Source of the DNA: Octopus bimaculoides | Lineage: Eukaryota | Length of the DNA stretch: 64,000 nt | NCBI RefSeq assembly: GCF_001194135.2 | Contig: NC_068990.1 | Location: forward strand, 14,141,188 to 14,205,187 | Reading direction: 5' to 3' | In this document: in pieces, positions 12,911-24,927 of the stretch | Position numbering within the stretch: the first letter of the stretch is position 1 | Layout: every line of letters starts with the position of its first letter | Notes under the pieces: generated by a model | Told to the model about the DNA's origin: nothing | Database searches by the model: none | Seen by the model: the letters and a program-made list of their open reading frames with translations, nothing else | Program-made: the position numbers and the translations under genes

Positions 12911-14237
12911 TTAATATAATTGATAATGCCACATGATCATGAACAAATGTAAAGAAGAATTTAAAAGAATAATCACACGTAACTGGACAATACTAAAATG
13001 AGATAAAAATAGGACAGTGTTACGTGCACCGGAAATAGGACAATACCATATATGTAACAGATATTTAATTATGCCAGCAATGGGAGGACATGAACGATGC
13101 AATAAAAAGCTTAGCAATTGCGAGAGAAAATCTAAAATGAAAATAAAAACATGCTTGTCTCAAATAACAAGAATGTATATTTCGCTAACAGTTTAGAAGT
13201 GTGGGAAGGAAATCAAAATGTTCTGATGCTTTCCACCCGTAAAGACATCAAACAGAAGTAAACAAGATTAACAGAGACAATATATCCCAATGCATTAGGA
13301 GTCAATGAAGCGGTGGGGGCTTATCAAATAGAAATATTATGATAAGTAAAGGCGATGAGATTCGAAGAAAAAAAGAGTCGATAAGAAACAAACAAAACTA
13401 TACATATCATACGGGGTCGATGTTAAATATGATACACTACGTTTATATTACATCAACATGCCAGTTATCTGTCTATCTATCAATCTATCTGTCTGCCTAA
13501 CTATTTATCTGTCTATCTATCTGTCTATCTATATGCATGCGCGGCTGTCTGGATGTGTTTCTATGGTGTCTGCTTAACTATGATTATAAACATATTATCA
13601 AGAAAGGTTTCCATTACAGTTCTAAGTTCCAGATTTGATGAGAACGACATACCTTGCAATGAGAATTTAAAACACTTTAAACACACACACACACACACAC
13701 ACACGAAAATATACGGAATATAATGATGAGAAAAATTATGATAATGAGGCTGCTGTTAATACAACTACTATTACTACTACTATTAGTAGTAGTAGCAGCA
13801 GCAGCAGCGCTGGCGGTGGCGGTAGTAGTAGTAGTAGTAACAACAATAACATCATCATCATGATGCTGATCTGGGAGGCGTAAACAGGGTAAGAACTATT
13901 CCAGACACAGTAACACACACACACACACGTACACACACACACACACACACACACACAATGATACAATTAGAGAACATTAGGACATAAGTTTCCAAACCTC
14001 AGATAAAAATATTTCACATCGAAACATAAGGTGTCAGCTCGGTTGTTTAATAAGATACCAAAGAAGCTGGAGGCAACATCCGGTTGTTTCTATGTGCTGC
14101 GATGAATGGTATATTAATCTCCAAGATTACTGGGACAAGCAAACACTAACGACAACAGAATCCATTACCTGCTTGCATGCGGTTTACTTAACTGCTAGAG
14201 AGTAAACAAACAAACAAGCAAAACAAATAAATAAATA

Positions 14238-14417
14238 GACGCAGGAGTGGCTGTGTGGTAAGTAGCTTGCTTACTAACCACATGGTTCCGGGTTCAGTCC
14301 CACTGCGTGGCACCTTGGGCAAGTGTCTTCTACTATAGCCTCGGGCCGATCAAAGCCTTGTAAGTGAATTTGGTAGATGGAAACTGAAAGAAGCCCGTCG
14401 TATATGTATATATATAT
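14238..14417 (+). mobile_element. SINE family B, 5' half running into (TA)n and a gap
   Basis: gcaggagtggctgtgtggtaag (A-box-like), gggttcagtccc (B-box), CORE-like caccttgggcaagtgtcttc. Confidence 0.9.
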
Positions 14418-15299
14418 NNNNNNNNNNNNNNNNNNNNNNNNNNNNNNNNNNNNNNNNNNNNNNNNNNNNNNNNNNNNNNNNNNNNNNNNNNNNNNNNNNN
14501 NNNNNNNNNNNNNNNNNNNNNNNNNNNNNNNNNNNNNNNNNNNNNNNNNNNNNNNNNNNNNNNNNNNNNNNNNNNNNNNNNNNNNNNNNNNNNNNNNNNN
14601 NNNNNNNNNNNNNNNNNNNNNNNNNNNNNNNNNNNNNNNNNNNNNNNNNNNNNNNNNNNNNNNNNNNNNNNNNNNNNNNNNNNNNNNNNNNNNNNNNNNN
14701 NNNNNNNNNNNNNNNNNNNNNNNNNNNNNNNNNNNNNNNNNNNNNNNNNNNNNNNNNNNNNNNNNNNNNNNNNNNNNNNNNNNNNNNNNNNNNNNNNNNN
14801 NNNNNNNNNNNNNNNNNNNNNNNNNNNNNNNNNNNNNNNNNNNNNNNNNNNNNNNNNNNNNNNNNNNNNNNNNNNNNNNNNNNNNNNNNNNNNNNNNNNN
14901 NNNNNNNNNNNNNNNNNNNNNNNNNNNNNNNNNNNNNNNNNNNNNNNNNNNNNNNNNNNNNNNNNNNNNNNNNNNNNNNNNNNNNNNNNNNNNNNNNNNN
15001 NNNNNNNNNNNNNNNNNNNNNNNNNNNNNNNNNNNNNNNNNNNNNNNNNNNNNNNNNNNNNNNNNNNNNNNNNNNNNNNNNNNNNNNNNNNNNNNNNNNN
15101 NNNNNNNNNNNNNNNNNNNNNNNNNNNNNNNNNNNNNNNNNNNNNNNNNNNNNNNNNNNNNNNNNNNNNNNNNNNNNNNNNNNNNNNNNNNNNNNNNNNN
15201 NNNNNNNNNNNNNNNNNNNNNNNNNNNNNNNNNNNAGCATTTTGCCCGGCATGCTAACAGTTCTGCCAAATCGCCGCCTTAAGGATCCTTGAACTATTA

Positions 15300-16452
15300 A
15301 CAACGCCAGCACCAATGGTAAGGTAACATCAATGATAAGCTGGTGCATAAAATACATCATGCGTAAAAGGCAACCTATTCTGGAATTATAAAAATTTATA
15401 CCATTTTTTATCATAACGGGAGTATTCCAAGGGGTTTCCCTTTCTGTACTTCTCTCCTACCTGACGCTTATACCTTTAGCCAACATATTAAACCCAAAGG
15501 CGAATTGGAGACAAATGATAAGTAAGCAAAATCTACAATCTTATTTGATATAATGGAAGAACTGCTGTGAGATTCGCATTGGAAAAATACATCAAGGGAA
15601 CACCGAAGAGAAAAAAATTTAATTATAAACACTATTAGGATACTAAATAAAGAAATGGAGATACGTGGATTAGACCAAGCACAGATTTACAAACATTTTG
15701 GTTGTAATTAACTAGGTAGAATACGATACACACAAATGAAAGAAAAAGTTAGAAAGGAATGTTATGAATGCATTGCGTAATACTTAAAACGGAGTTAAAT
15801 GCATCATATAAAGTAACAGGTACTAATACTTCGTTACAGGAAGAAGCAGTTCTAACATTTTCAACTGAAAGCTAAATGAACTAGCATGATTAGACGTAAA
15901 AACATGAAAATAATAACTGCATTTAGAATAGACCACCCAAAATCTGACATAGAAAGGTTATATCTCCCACGAATACGGGGAGGGTGGGAGTTTATGCAAA
16001 TAGTAAACTATTATAAAATATCCTCTGTTGAAGTAAAAAATGGAATACGTAGTAAAAATTATCGAAAGCCAATACAAATAAAATACAAGACACGACGAAA
16101 ACAAAACACTTCGTTTTATATTCAAGGACGCCAAAAACAAAATGCAAAACAGAAATTGTAAAGTAAGACAGCTGTGAGGAGAAAGGTAAAACAACATTCG
16201 TGAAAAAGTAAAATGTATGCTAAAAGTGATGTTACAGAATGTTATGTTAAAGCAATGGTTAAAAAAAAAGTCCCTACTTGGGTAATATCTTCAAGAAAAA
16301 GATATAAAGAGTGTTAGGTGACGAAGAAAAAGTGCGTCTATGGCTGGGAAGTGCAGGACTCAGAGCTGATACTCAAGGAATTTTGATTTTGAAGCTCAGG
16401 TCAAACCTTCTATTATAAACCATCAGAAGTGTATAATAAAGCAGAATATATT
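15300..16452 (+). pseudogene. Decayed R4/Dong-clade non-LTR retrotransposon, RT and downstream region
   Basis: Manual translation gives GVFQGVSLSVLLSYLTLIPLANILN (cf. GIFQGDSLSPLLFCLALIPLS), MKEKVRKECY..LKTELNA, HPKSDIERLYLPRIRGG and WLGSAGLRADTQG; many stops and frameshifts. Confidence 0.8.
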
Positions 16453-16944
16453 NNNNNNNNNNNNNNNNNNNNNNNNNNNNNNNNNNNNNNNNNNNNNNNN
16501 NNNNNNNNNNNNNNNNNNNNNNNNNNNNNNNNNNNNNNNNNNNNNNNNNNNNNNNNNNNNNNNNNNNNNNNNNNNNNNNNNNNNNNNNNNNNNNNNNNNN
16601 NNNNNNNTAATCCACCAAGGGAAGGTATGTCAGAAGAAAGTAATTCAACAACGCGGGTTGATGAACCGTAAGACGTGTGGCCAAAACCTCCTGGAAAATA
16701 ACCATAGCGAGGGACATTCCACAGTTGAATTAGAACGGTCACAAACAGTGAAAGAAGACATGCACCCAACACCAGAGCTGAAGATACCTCCGAAAGGGGG
16801 TGGCCCTGCCACGTCAAAACGGTAGAGGAGTAGGGGCCGAAACCGGACGTGGTTCCTCCTGATGATGTCTTGAGCTAACTGGATCCTATAAAGGAGCTGT
16901 TGTGGTAGCAGACCACGAAACATGGTTGAAATTCCTCAGTACTT

Positions 16945-17285
16945 ATTCTATATACCTCGAAATAATGAAAGGCAAAGTCGACCTCGGCGGGATTTGAACT
17001 CAGAACGTGAAGCTGGAAGAAATGCCGTTAAGTATTTTGTCCGATGTGTTAACGATTATGTCAGCTCACTGCCTTTTAATGATAATCCTTTCTACTCTAG
17101 GCACAACGCCTGAAATTCGGGGGGAAGGCGCAGGTGACTACATCGACCCCAATGCTTGACTGGTACTTATTTTTAGCGGCCCCATAAGAATAAAAAGCAA
17201 ATTCGACCTCGGTGGCATTTGAACTCAGATCCTAAAGAGCTAGAAGAAATGGTGAAAGGAATTTAATACGACGCTTTACTATTCT
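16945..17285 (-). mobile_element. Two older SINE family A copies (about 16945-17075 and 17085-17285)
   Basis: Core gaaaggcaaagtcgacctcggcgggatttgaactcagaa and a diverged second copy. Confidence 0.8.
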
Positions 17286-17315
17286 ACAGTCATTTCATTA
17301 TTATGCACAATGGTT

Positions 17316-17985
17316 AGGGTGGTGAGCTGGCAGAATCGTTAGTGCGTTGGACGAAATGCTTAACCGTATTTCGCCCGTCGCTACGTTCTGAGTTCAAATT
17401 CCACCGAGGTCGACTCTGCCTTTCATCCTTTCGGGTTCGATAAATTAGGTACCAGCTGAACACTAGAGTCGATGTAATCTACTATTCCCCACCATAAATT
17501 TCAGGCCTTGTGCCTATAACAGAAAGGATTATTATGTACAGGGGTTAGGGTGGCGAACTGGCAGAATCGTTAGCACGCCGAGCGAAATGCTTAGCGGTAT
17601 TTCGTCTGCCGTTACGTTCTGTGTTCAAATTCCGCCGAGGTCGACTTTGCCTTTCATCTTTTCGGGGGTCGATAAATTAAGCACCAGTTACGCACTGGGT
17701 TCGATGTAATCGACTTAACCCATTTGTCTGTCCATGTTTGTCCCTTCTATGTTTAACCCCTTGTGGGCAATAAAGAAATGTTTGTGCGCTGGATGAAATG
17801 CTTAGCAGTATTCCACCCATCGCTACATTCTGAATTCAAATTCTGCCGTGATCGACTTTGCCTTTCATCCTCTCGTGGTCGATAAAATAAAGACCATTTG
17901 AATACTGGGGTCGATGTAATCGACTGTCATCTGACCATAAATTTCAGGCCTTGTGCTAATAACAGAAAGGATTATTATGTGCAAG
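17316..17985 (+). mobile_element. Locally duplicated old family-A SINE with a young family-A copy (about 17547-17779) nested in the second unit's head
   Basis: Both old units end accataaatttcaggccttgtg..taacagaaaggattattatgt; the young tail ends gggcaataaagaaat and is followed by the rest of the old head, gtttgtgcgctggatgaaatg. Confidence 0.85.
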
Positions 17986-18146
17986 GGATCGAAAGTATGC
18001 CATAAAATGAAAAGTGCGTTGATCAAGGGACTTGGAAATAGATGTTGGCGGTATCCGACACCTCACGTAAAGACGAGGACAAAATTGAAAGACGTTATAC
18101 GATTAAAGTTGGGACAGAGCGGAATAAATGGAAAAATACAATAAAA

Positions 18147-18433
18147 CATATTCTGTTGTGTCTGGGGAGAGTCATTTTCTTATCGTGCCTTAAAATTTAA
18201 CACATTCACCGTTAAAATTTCCACTCATTTCTTATTTTTATTTTCCTAAAATTTTCGTTGCGTCTTGCAACCTTTTCAATAGTCTTGAGGAAAATAAAAA
18301 AATAGTCTTGAGGAAAATAAAAAATAGTCTTTAGGAAAATAGAAATAAGAAATAAGCGGAAATTTTAACGGTGAGTGTGTGAAATTTTAAGGCACGGTAA
18401 GAAAATAACTCTCCACAGACACAACAGAATATG
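18147..18433. mobile_element. 287-bp MITE with about 105-bp TIRs
   Basis: catattctgttgtgtctggggagagtcattttcttatcgtgccttaaaattt.. / ..aaattttaaggcacggtaagaaaataactctccacagacacaacagaatatg; central 22-23 bp unit aatagtcttgaggaaaataaaaa repeated three times. Confidence 0.85.
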
Positions 18434-19936
18434 CTTCAATACACGAAATCACATAAAAAATCTTGCAAACCAAATCCAAAAACGAAATACAATAAAACAT
18501 TCAAAATTAAAAGAAGAAATACTTTAAACAGAAAATAAAGCGAAAGCCATTTATGGTTCTCACCCATATATGGTAGGAAATCATTGGCCAGGCAGAGTTT
18601 CTTCATCTCGTCATTGCTCATTCTACAGGCTTGTTTACCCAAAGATAACCGTTAATGCTTCCGAGTAGTTTGGACTAGAAAACTGTGCACGTCATTACAT
18701 TGTACCTGCTTTAATCCGTTGTAATATATATATATATATTGTTTACTTTTATGAATATCCTGTCGAATTAGTGTAAAGTATATTTTATTCCATCACCACT
18801 TCATTCTCAGTAATTAACACATACCTGCGATAACTCTTGTACTGTAAATGTGTGATTGTACCTTTTATATATTGGTTCGACGTACGAAAGACAGAGAAAT
18901 TTTAATTCATTGTCCTCCATATCGTTATCATCTGTTGTTCCTATGGGGAACATCGTTGTTGTTTCGAAGAGGCTGCTTTTACTCATCCACCTTTGTTACT
19001 TTTCATTGGTATCACCCTTCTTTTGGATGAATTATTTTTCTTCTTCCGTCTTGCATTTTTCCCGACGGTCTGAAAGAACAACAATAACACTCGCAAACAT
19101 ATTTGCGCCTGAGTGTTGTTACCGATACTGCTATCGAAATCATTTCTTTTCCCATTAAAGGCTGATTTAAATGCGCCATTTTTTTTCTTTTCAGTTTCAA
19201 AAATTAATTATGTGTTGCAGTTTCTTTCGGCGCTATCGTTTCTTTTTCGTATTTGTACTGCTGTGTTATTTAAATTTTTTTGTTAGTTTGTTTGAGGGCG
19301 TATTGTATTCGTTTTGTAGACATTTGACGTGAATCTGTTGTCCAAATGTAAAATCAAATAAAATATAGGATTTGTTATGACAATCATTTTTAATTTAGGC
19401 CCAAGAGTCGTAATTTGGTGGAAAGTGATGGGAGAGAAGGGGTAAGTGGCGGATAGTCTATTTTATCGAAGCTAGTGCTTGACTGATAATTTTAAGATAT
19501 GATTCAACGAAAGAATCTCCCGTGAATAAAATTCGACAAGGAGATAACAATAAAAGACGCCAAAGCAACAATCACTGACTTAACGAATTAGCGTGAAGCA
19601 TCAATGTCACAAGTTTGAGCTAATTAATATATGTAGCAATCACAGTATTCCCAAAAGTATGAGGTTACATCCTCAAATCTACTCAAGAATATGAAAAACG
19701 TAAAAACGAACAACAAAAACAGAAAGAAAATAAGTGATACCGCTCAATCTTTCATTACAGCAATGAAGAAAACCACTACAATAGAAATGTTGATTAAGGA
19801 AATATTAACCCAAGGAAAATGAAAAGTGATAACGATTCTCTGAACAGAACAAATGGTTCGATTCCAGCCGAAAACTAATTTAGGAATGAGTGAAAAGTTG
19901 TTTATTTTTTTAAATCAGCCGTGTACCAATATTTTT

Positions 19937-20446
19937 TTCTACTCTAGGCACAAGGTCCGAAATTTTTGGGGAAGGGGCCAGTCGATTAGATCGACCCCAG
20001 TATGCAACTGGCACTTAATTTATCGACCCCGAAAACATGAAAGGCAAAGTCGACCTCGGTGGAATTTGAACCTAAAGACACATGAAATAATGTTAAACAT
20101 TGCGCCCGGCTTGCTAACGTTTCTTATTTCTTTATTGCCCACAAGGGGCTAAACATAGAGGGGACAAACAAGGACATACAAAGGGATTAAGTCGATTACA
20201 TCGACTCCAGTGCACAACGGGTACTTGATTTATCGACCCCGAAAGGATGAAAGGCAAAGTCGACCTCGGCGGAATTTGAACTGAGAACGTAACGCCAGAC
20301 GAAATACCTATTTCTTTACTGCCCACAAGGGGTTATACACAGAGGGGACAAACAAGGACAGACAAACAGATTAAGTCGATTATATCGACCCCAGTGCGTA
20401 ACTGGTACTTATTTAATCGACCCCGAAAGGATGAAAGGCAAAGTCG
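19937..20446 (-). mobile_element. Tandem array of at least three family-A SINE units ending in a gap
   Basis: Old unit 19937-20124, young unit 20125-20308 (184 bp), young unit 20309-20446+. Confidence 0.9.
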
Positions 20447-21125
20447 NNNNNNNNNNNNNNNNNNNNNNNNNNNNNNNNNNNNNNNNNNNNNNNNNNNNNN
20501 NNNNNNNNNNNNNNNNNNNNNNNNNNNNNNNNNNNNNNNNNNNNNNNNNNNNNNNNNNNNNNNNNNNNNNNNNNNNNNNNNNNNNNNNNNNNNNNNNNNN
20601 NNNNNNNNNNNNNNNNNNNNNNNNNNNNNNNNNNNNNNNNNNNNNNNNNNNNNNNNNNNNNNNNNNNNNNNNNNNNNNNNNNNNNNNNNNNNNNNNNNNN
20701 NNNNNNNNNNNNNNNNNNNNNNNNNNNNNNNNNNNNNNNNNNNNNNNNNNNNNNNNNNNNNNNNNNNNNNNNNNNNNNNNNNNNNNNNNNNNNNNNNNNN
20801 NNNNNNNNNNNNNNNNNNNNNNNNNNNNNNNNNNNNNNNNNNNNNNNNNNNNNNNNNNNNNNNNNNNNNNNNNNNNNNNNNNNNNNNNNNNNNNNNNNNN
20901 NNNNNNNNNNNNNNNNNNNNNNNNNNNNNNNNNNNNNNNNNNNNNNNNNNNNNNNNNNNNNNNNNNNNNNNNNNNNNNNNNNNNNNNNNNNNNNNNNNNN
21001 NNNNNNNNNNNNNNNNNNNNNNNNNNNNNNNNNNNNNNNNNNNNNNNNNNNNNNNNNNNNNNNNNNNNNNNNNNNNNNNNNNNNNNNNNNNNNNNNNNNN
21101 NNNNNNNNNNNNNNNNNNNNNNNNN

Positions 21126-21166
21126 TTCGTTAATGAAAAATGTGGCCCCCGTTTTAAAAAAGATCC
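21126..21166. mobile_element. Terminal TIR of a second copy of the 10871-11433 MITE (rest in gap)
   Basis: ttcgttaatgaaaaatgtggcccccgttttaaaaaagatcc, near-identical to 11392-11433. Confidence 0.85.
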
Positions 21167-21195
21167 GAATCGTTATTCTGCTGGGTTATTATTTA

Positions 21196-21608
21196 AGGGC
21201 GGCGAGCTGGCAGGAATTGGTAGCGCGCCGGGCGAAATGCTTAGTGGCATTTCGTCTGCCGTTACGTTCTGAGTTCAAATTCCGCCGAGGTCGACTTTGC
21301 CTTTCATCCTTTTGGAGTCGATAAATTAATTACCAGTTACGCACTGGGGTCGATGTAATCGACTTAATCCCTTTGTCTGTCCTTGTTTGTCCCCTCTATG
21401 TTTAGCCTCTTGTGAGCAATAAAGAAATAAGAATCGTTATTATGCTGGGTAAAAGTGTTTAGCGACATTTCATCTGTTCATATGTTCTGAGTTCAAATTC
21501 CGCTGGGTCGATAAAATAAGTACCAGTTGAGCACTAGTGTCGACGTAATCAACTTACACTTTCCCCAAACAATTCTGGTCTTGTACCAAAATTTGAAACC
21601 CGTATTAT
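21196..21608 (+). mobile_element. Young family-A SINE (21196-21429) followed by the remainder of an older family-A copy (21430-21608)
   Basis: Full head, core and tail; 20-bp near-duplication gaatcgttatt(c/a)tgctgggt at 21167-21186 and 21431-21450. Confidence 0.88.
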
Positions 21609-21934
21609 GTGACGTAGAAAAATTCTGGAGTGTGGGCAGCGAAGGATTCACCGAAGATGTGATGGTGAAAACAGTAGATACAGTGCCAAAAAGTCAGGGG
21701 AGGCCATATCAATATAATAAATTTATAGAGTTATAATAAATAATAGAGTTATAATAAATAACTCTAACATTACACAAAAGGAGGAATAACTCAGCATTAG
21801 AAAACACTAAAATTTCAAGCTTCTCTTGAAATATTCCGTAAAACATAAAGTAGCAACAGTGACGTAAGACAGCACCAAAATTTGTCACGAAAAAATGGCA
21901 ACCAATTCTGCCTATACAAAACAACAATAATAAT

Positions 21935-22145
21935 CCTTTCTACTATAGGCACAACGACTGAAATTGTGGAGGAGAGAGATCTAGTCGATTTCATTTACCC
22001 ACAGTTCTTGACTCGGATTTATTTTATCGACCTCGGGAGGATGAAAGGCTAAGTGGACTGCGGCGGAATTTGAACTCAAAATGTAAAGACGGACGAAGTG
22101 TCACTAAAGGTTTGTTCGATGTGTTAATGATTCTGGCAGCTCAAC
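21935..22145 (-). mobile_element. Old SINE family A copy
   Basis: Diverged core ggatgaaaggctaagtggactgcggcggaatttgaactc. Confidence 0.75.
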
Positions 22146-22226
22146 AACAATAATGATTATCACCATTGTTAACAACAATAAAAATAATTATTACCATTGT
22201 TGTTGTTGTTGTTGTCTCCGATTTGT

Positions 22227-22271
22227 TCTGATCGCAAACATCGATTCTCTGATCGCAAACATCGATACTCT
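22227..22271. repeat. 21-bp tandem duplication
   Basis: tctgatcgcaaacatcgat(tc/ac) twice. Confidence 0.9.
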
Positions 22272-23499
22272 GAAAACTTACAAGGATTTTCATATATTAT
22301 TTTGACCAAAATCGGATTTTTTGTTATAATTGTTTAACACATTCTAAGAGAAAAAGTAAGTTGAAAGACTTGCAACGCTGCCTCTAATTATAAGAAGTAT
22401 AGTAATTGTTACCCCTGACATCTGCAGCCAGCGGACAAAATTGCTTTTGTATCTCCATGTTAAAAGCAAGGTTAATATTCAGTCAAGCTAATCAGCCTGA
22501 AAAATCTTTGCTTACTAAACAACAATATAAAAGAAAACCATAAGGATTTACTGAACATAAATTTCTGAAAATGTCGCAGATTCACGGCGTTGGATGTGGC
22601 GATATTTCTTGAAGAAGTGCTGCCGGGCAGAGAACGTATACAGTCTTTGAATGACGTGCAAAATAAAAAGCCACCATTGTATTTCATGGTAAATGAACCA
22701 CAAAAATATAGTTATAACATTTAACAAGAATTTATTTCATCAAACAACTTATCTATAATTCCGAGTAGAAACGCTTCCTGCCATTTTGCAACTATCGAAA
22801 CATTTACTGAAAGAACAAAGAATTCCCCTCCCCTATTATTAGTCCAGCATGTATTCTCACTTAACGAAGGCCATCTGCTGGCGTACTTGAAAATATGCCG
22901 GTCACCTTCGGTAATTTCTGAGTGTATGTATTTTTGCAAAATTGGTACCTTTTAGCTAAGCTCTTGACTAATAGACGAATAACATTCAACGACATAACGT
23001 GCATGAATGTGCCTAGTTTTCATTTGCCGTCATTCACCTGTTAATAATTATTGCAATGTTATTCCAAAGATTTAAGTTTGTGGGTTGTTTGTTGACTTTG
23101 TTTATTCTGTCTTGGATTGTCTTACTAATCACGCTAAGATTTTGTTTTATGATCTTAACTTATATTACCTGAATGTACCAAAGTTCCTACTGATTAACTT
23201 CAAAGCAGAACAGCCTCCCAATGGTTAATGAACAGAACAGATATTGACGTCATCTACCTCATCGACCAATCAGAGGCGTTCCACACCTTTGCATATCTTG
23301 ACTACTACATTATTTTTCATTATTTTAGACTCCTCAATGAGTACTGCACACGCTAAAATTAACAACACGAAATCTTTAAGTTTGATGAAATAATGCTCGT
23401 TACTAAAATGTATTTATAAACAGGTACGAGCTCAGGTGTGCGTGCGTGCGTGTGTGTGCGCGTGAGGTATGTACTAGCAGTTTAAATAAGACCTGACAA

Positions 23500-24435
23500 T
23501 TTTCAGTCGATCCATGAAAGGTAATTCCTTCGGAATAGTGACATCCAAGCATTTCAGAAGATGGTTCAAAACACAAACCTGAAGTTGTATTAGAGAGAAA
23601 AAGAATTATAAAATTTTATGTAACTTGTTCCGACAACTCTGACCATACCAATCAAGCATTAAGACCAAATACGGTGGTAGAGGACGAAAGAAACTAACAG
23701 TATAAGATCATAGATTCTGCAATATCATATGGCAATAGAGTGGATACCAAAGAAACTGAAAAAAAAAAACAAGACAGAAATATCAGGTCATAGCCACAAA
23801 GATGAAGAGGTTGTGAAAGATTAAGACGACGCTTATTCCTGAAGTATTTGATGCACAATGTGGAGGCGCAATGGCCCAGTGGTTAGGGCAGCGGACTCGC
23901 GATCATAGGATCGCCGTTTCGATTCCCAGACCGGGCGTTGTGAGTGTTTATTAAGCGAAAACACCTAAAGCTCCACGAGACTCCGGCAGGGGATGGTGGT
24001 GAACCCTGCTGTACTCTTTCACCACAACTTTCTCTCACTCTTACTTCCTGTTTCTGTTGTGCCTGTAATTCAAAGGGTCGGCCTTGTCACACTGTGTCCC
24101 GCTGAATATCCCCGAGAACTACGTTAAGGGTACACGTGTCTGTGGAATGCTCAGCCATTTGCACGTTAATTTCGCGAGCAGGCTGTTCCGTTGATCGGAT
24201 CAACTGGAACCCTCGACGTCGTAAGCGATGGAGTGAAAATATAATTTGATGCACTTGGAACAGTATCTAAATTGCTACTTAAAGGGGTGAAAGATATTGC
24301 AGTTGAGGCTCGCTTAATCGATCTCTAGAAAAGTGCAATCCTGTATTCAGCAAGAATCCCGAGGTTCTTGAGGTGCGAGGAGGCGTATTGTCATTGAACC
24401 TCAAAACAACAACTCTGCAAACTAATATAGCATGT
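23500..24435 (+). pseudogene. Decayed 3' end of an R4/Dong-type LINE (restriction-like endonuclease), interrupted by a family-D SINE
   Basis: Translation across frameshifts and stops: WFK..KPEVVLE, DHTNQALRPNTVV, IIDSAISYGNRVDTKETEK, KYQVIA, DALGTVSK, KSAILYSARI (cf. RRPDIVV..IIDVAVP..KIEKYQDL..IGALGTVSK..LQKSALLGTARIL); ends at aataat. Confidence 0.75.
23859..24243 (+). mobile_element. SINE family D, full length
   Basis: tRNA-like head tggcccagtggttagggcagcggactcgc..gtttcgattccc; 11-bp TSD atttgatgcac at 23846-23856 and 24244-24254. Confidence 0.92.
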
Positions 24436-24867
24436 GGTAGTCATAATAATGATTATTAAAAAGAGATTAAGATATAAATATAAACATAAGAAGTAAAAAT
24501 ACACATAGAAGCTAAAATATATTTTTGCTCATACCCTCTGAGAAATTTACTTTTTTAAAAAATATTCTACTAATCTAGAGTAACACTCCAAAGGCATTAG
24601 CTTCCTAATTAGTAAAATTTCCCAGTGTTTATTTTTGTGCTTGAGGGTACACAATATTTTTAGATTTTCTAACAGGAGCTAAAAAGAACAAATTTCATAA
24701 ATTGTCACGTAGCCAATGATCTTTCACACAAAATTTTAGTTCAGATGGATAAAAACTGAAGCCAACAACTTGGAAAATATATACATACTTACATACATAC
24801 ATACGTACATACATACAGACAGACAAAAAGATATAAAAAGTAATCAGCTAGTTAAATTGCACATTAC

Positions 24868-24927
24868 AAATATAATCTGTAAGTAAGGTAGTAAAAATAT
24901 AATCTGTAAGTAAGGTAGTAAAAATAT
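24868..24927. repeat. 27-bp tandem duplication
   Basis: aaatataatctgtaagtaaggtagtaa twice. Confidence 0.9.

Noticed and set aside
17312-17552. Isolated ggttaggg units before SINE heads
   Set aside because: Single telomere-like units duplicated with the local tandem repeat; not an interstitial telomere.
19075-19132. Small hairpin aacactc-gcaaa-cata-tttgc-gcct-gagtgtt
   Set aside because: Too short and the loop too small for a pre-miRNA; no match to conserved miRNAs I can recall.
23859-23940. tRNA-like sequences at SINE heads (families A-D)
   Set aside because: A and B boxes are present, but there is no complete cloverleaf and each continues into a SINE body; these are not tRNA genes.
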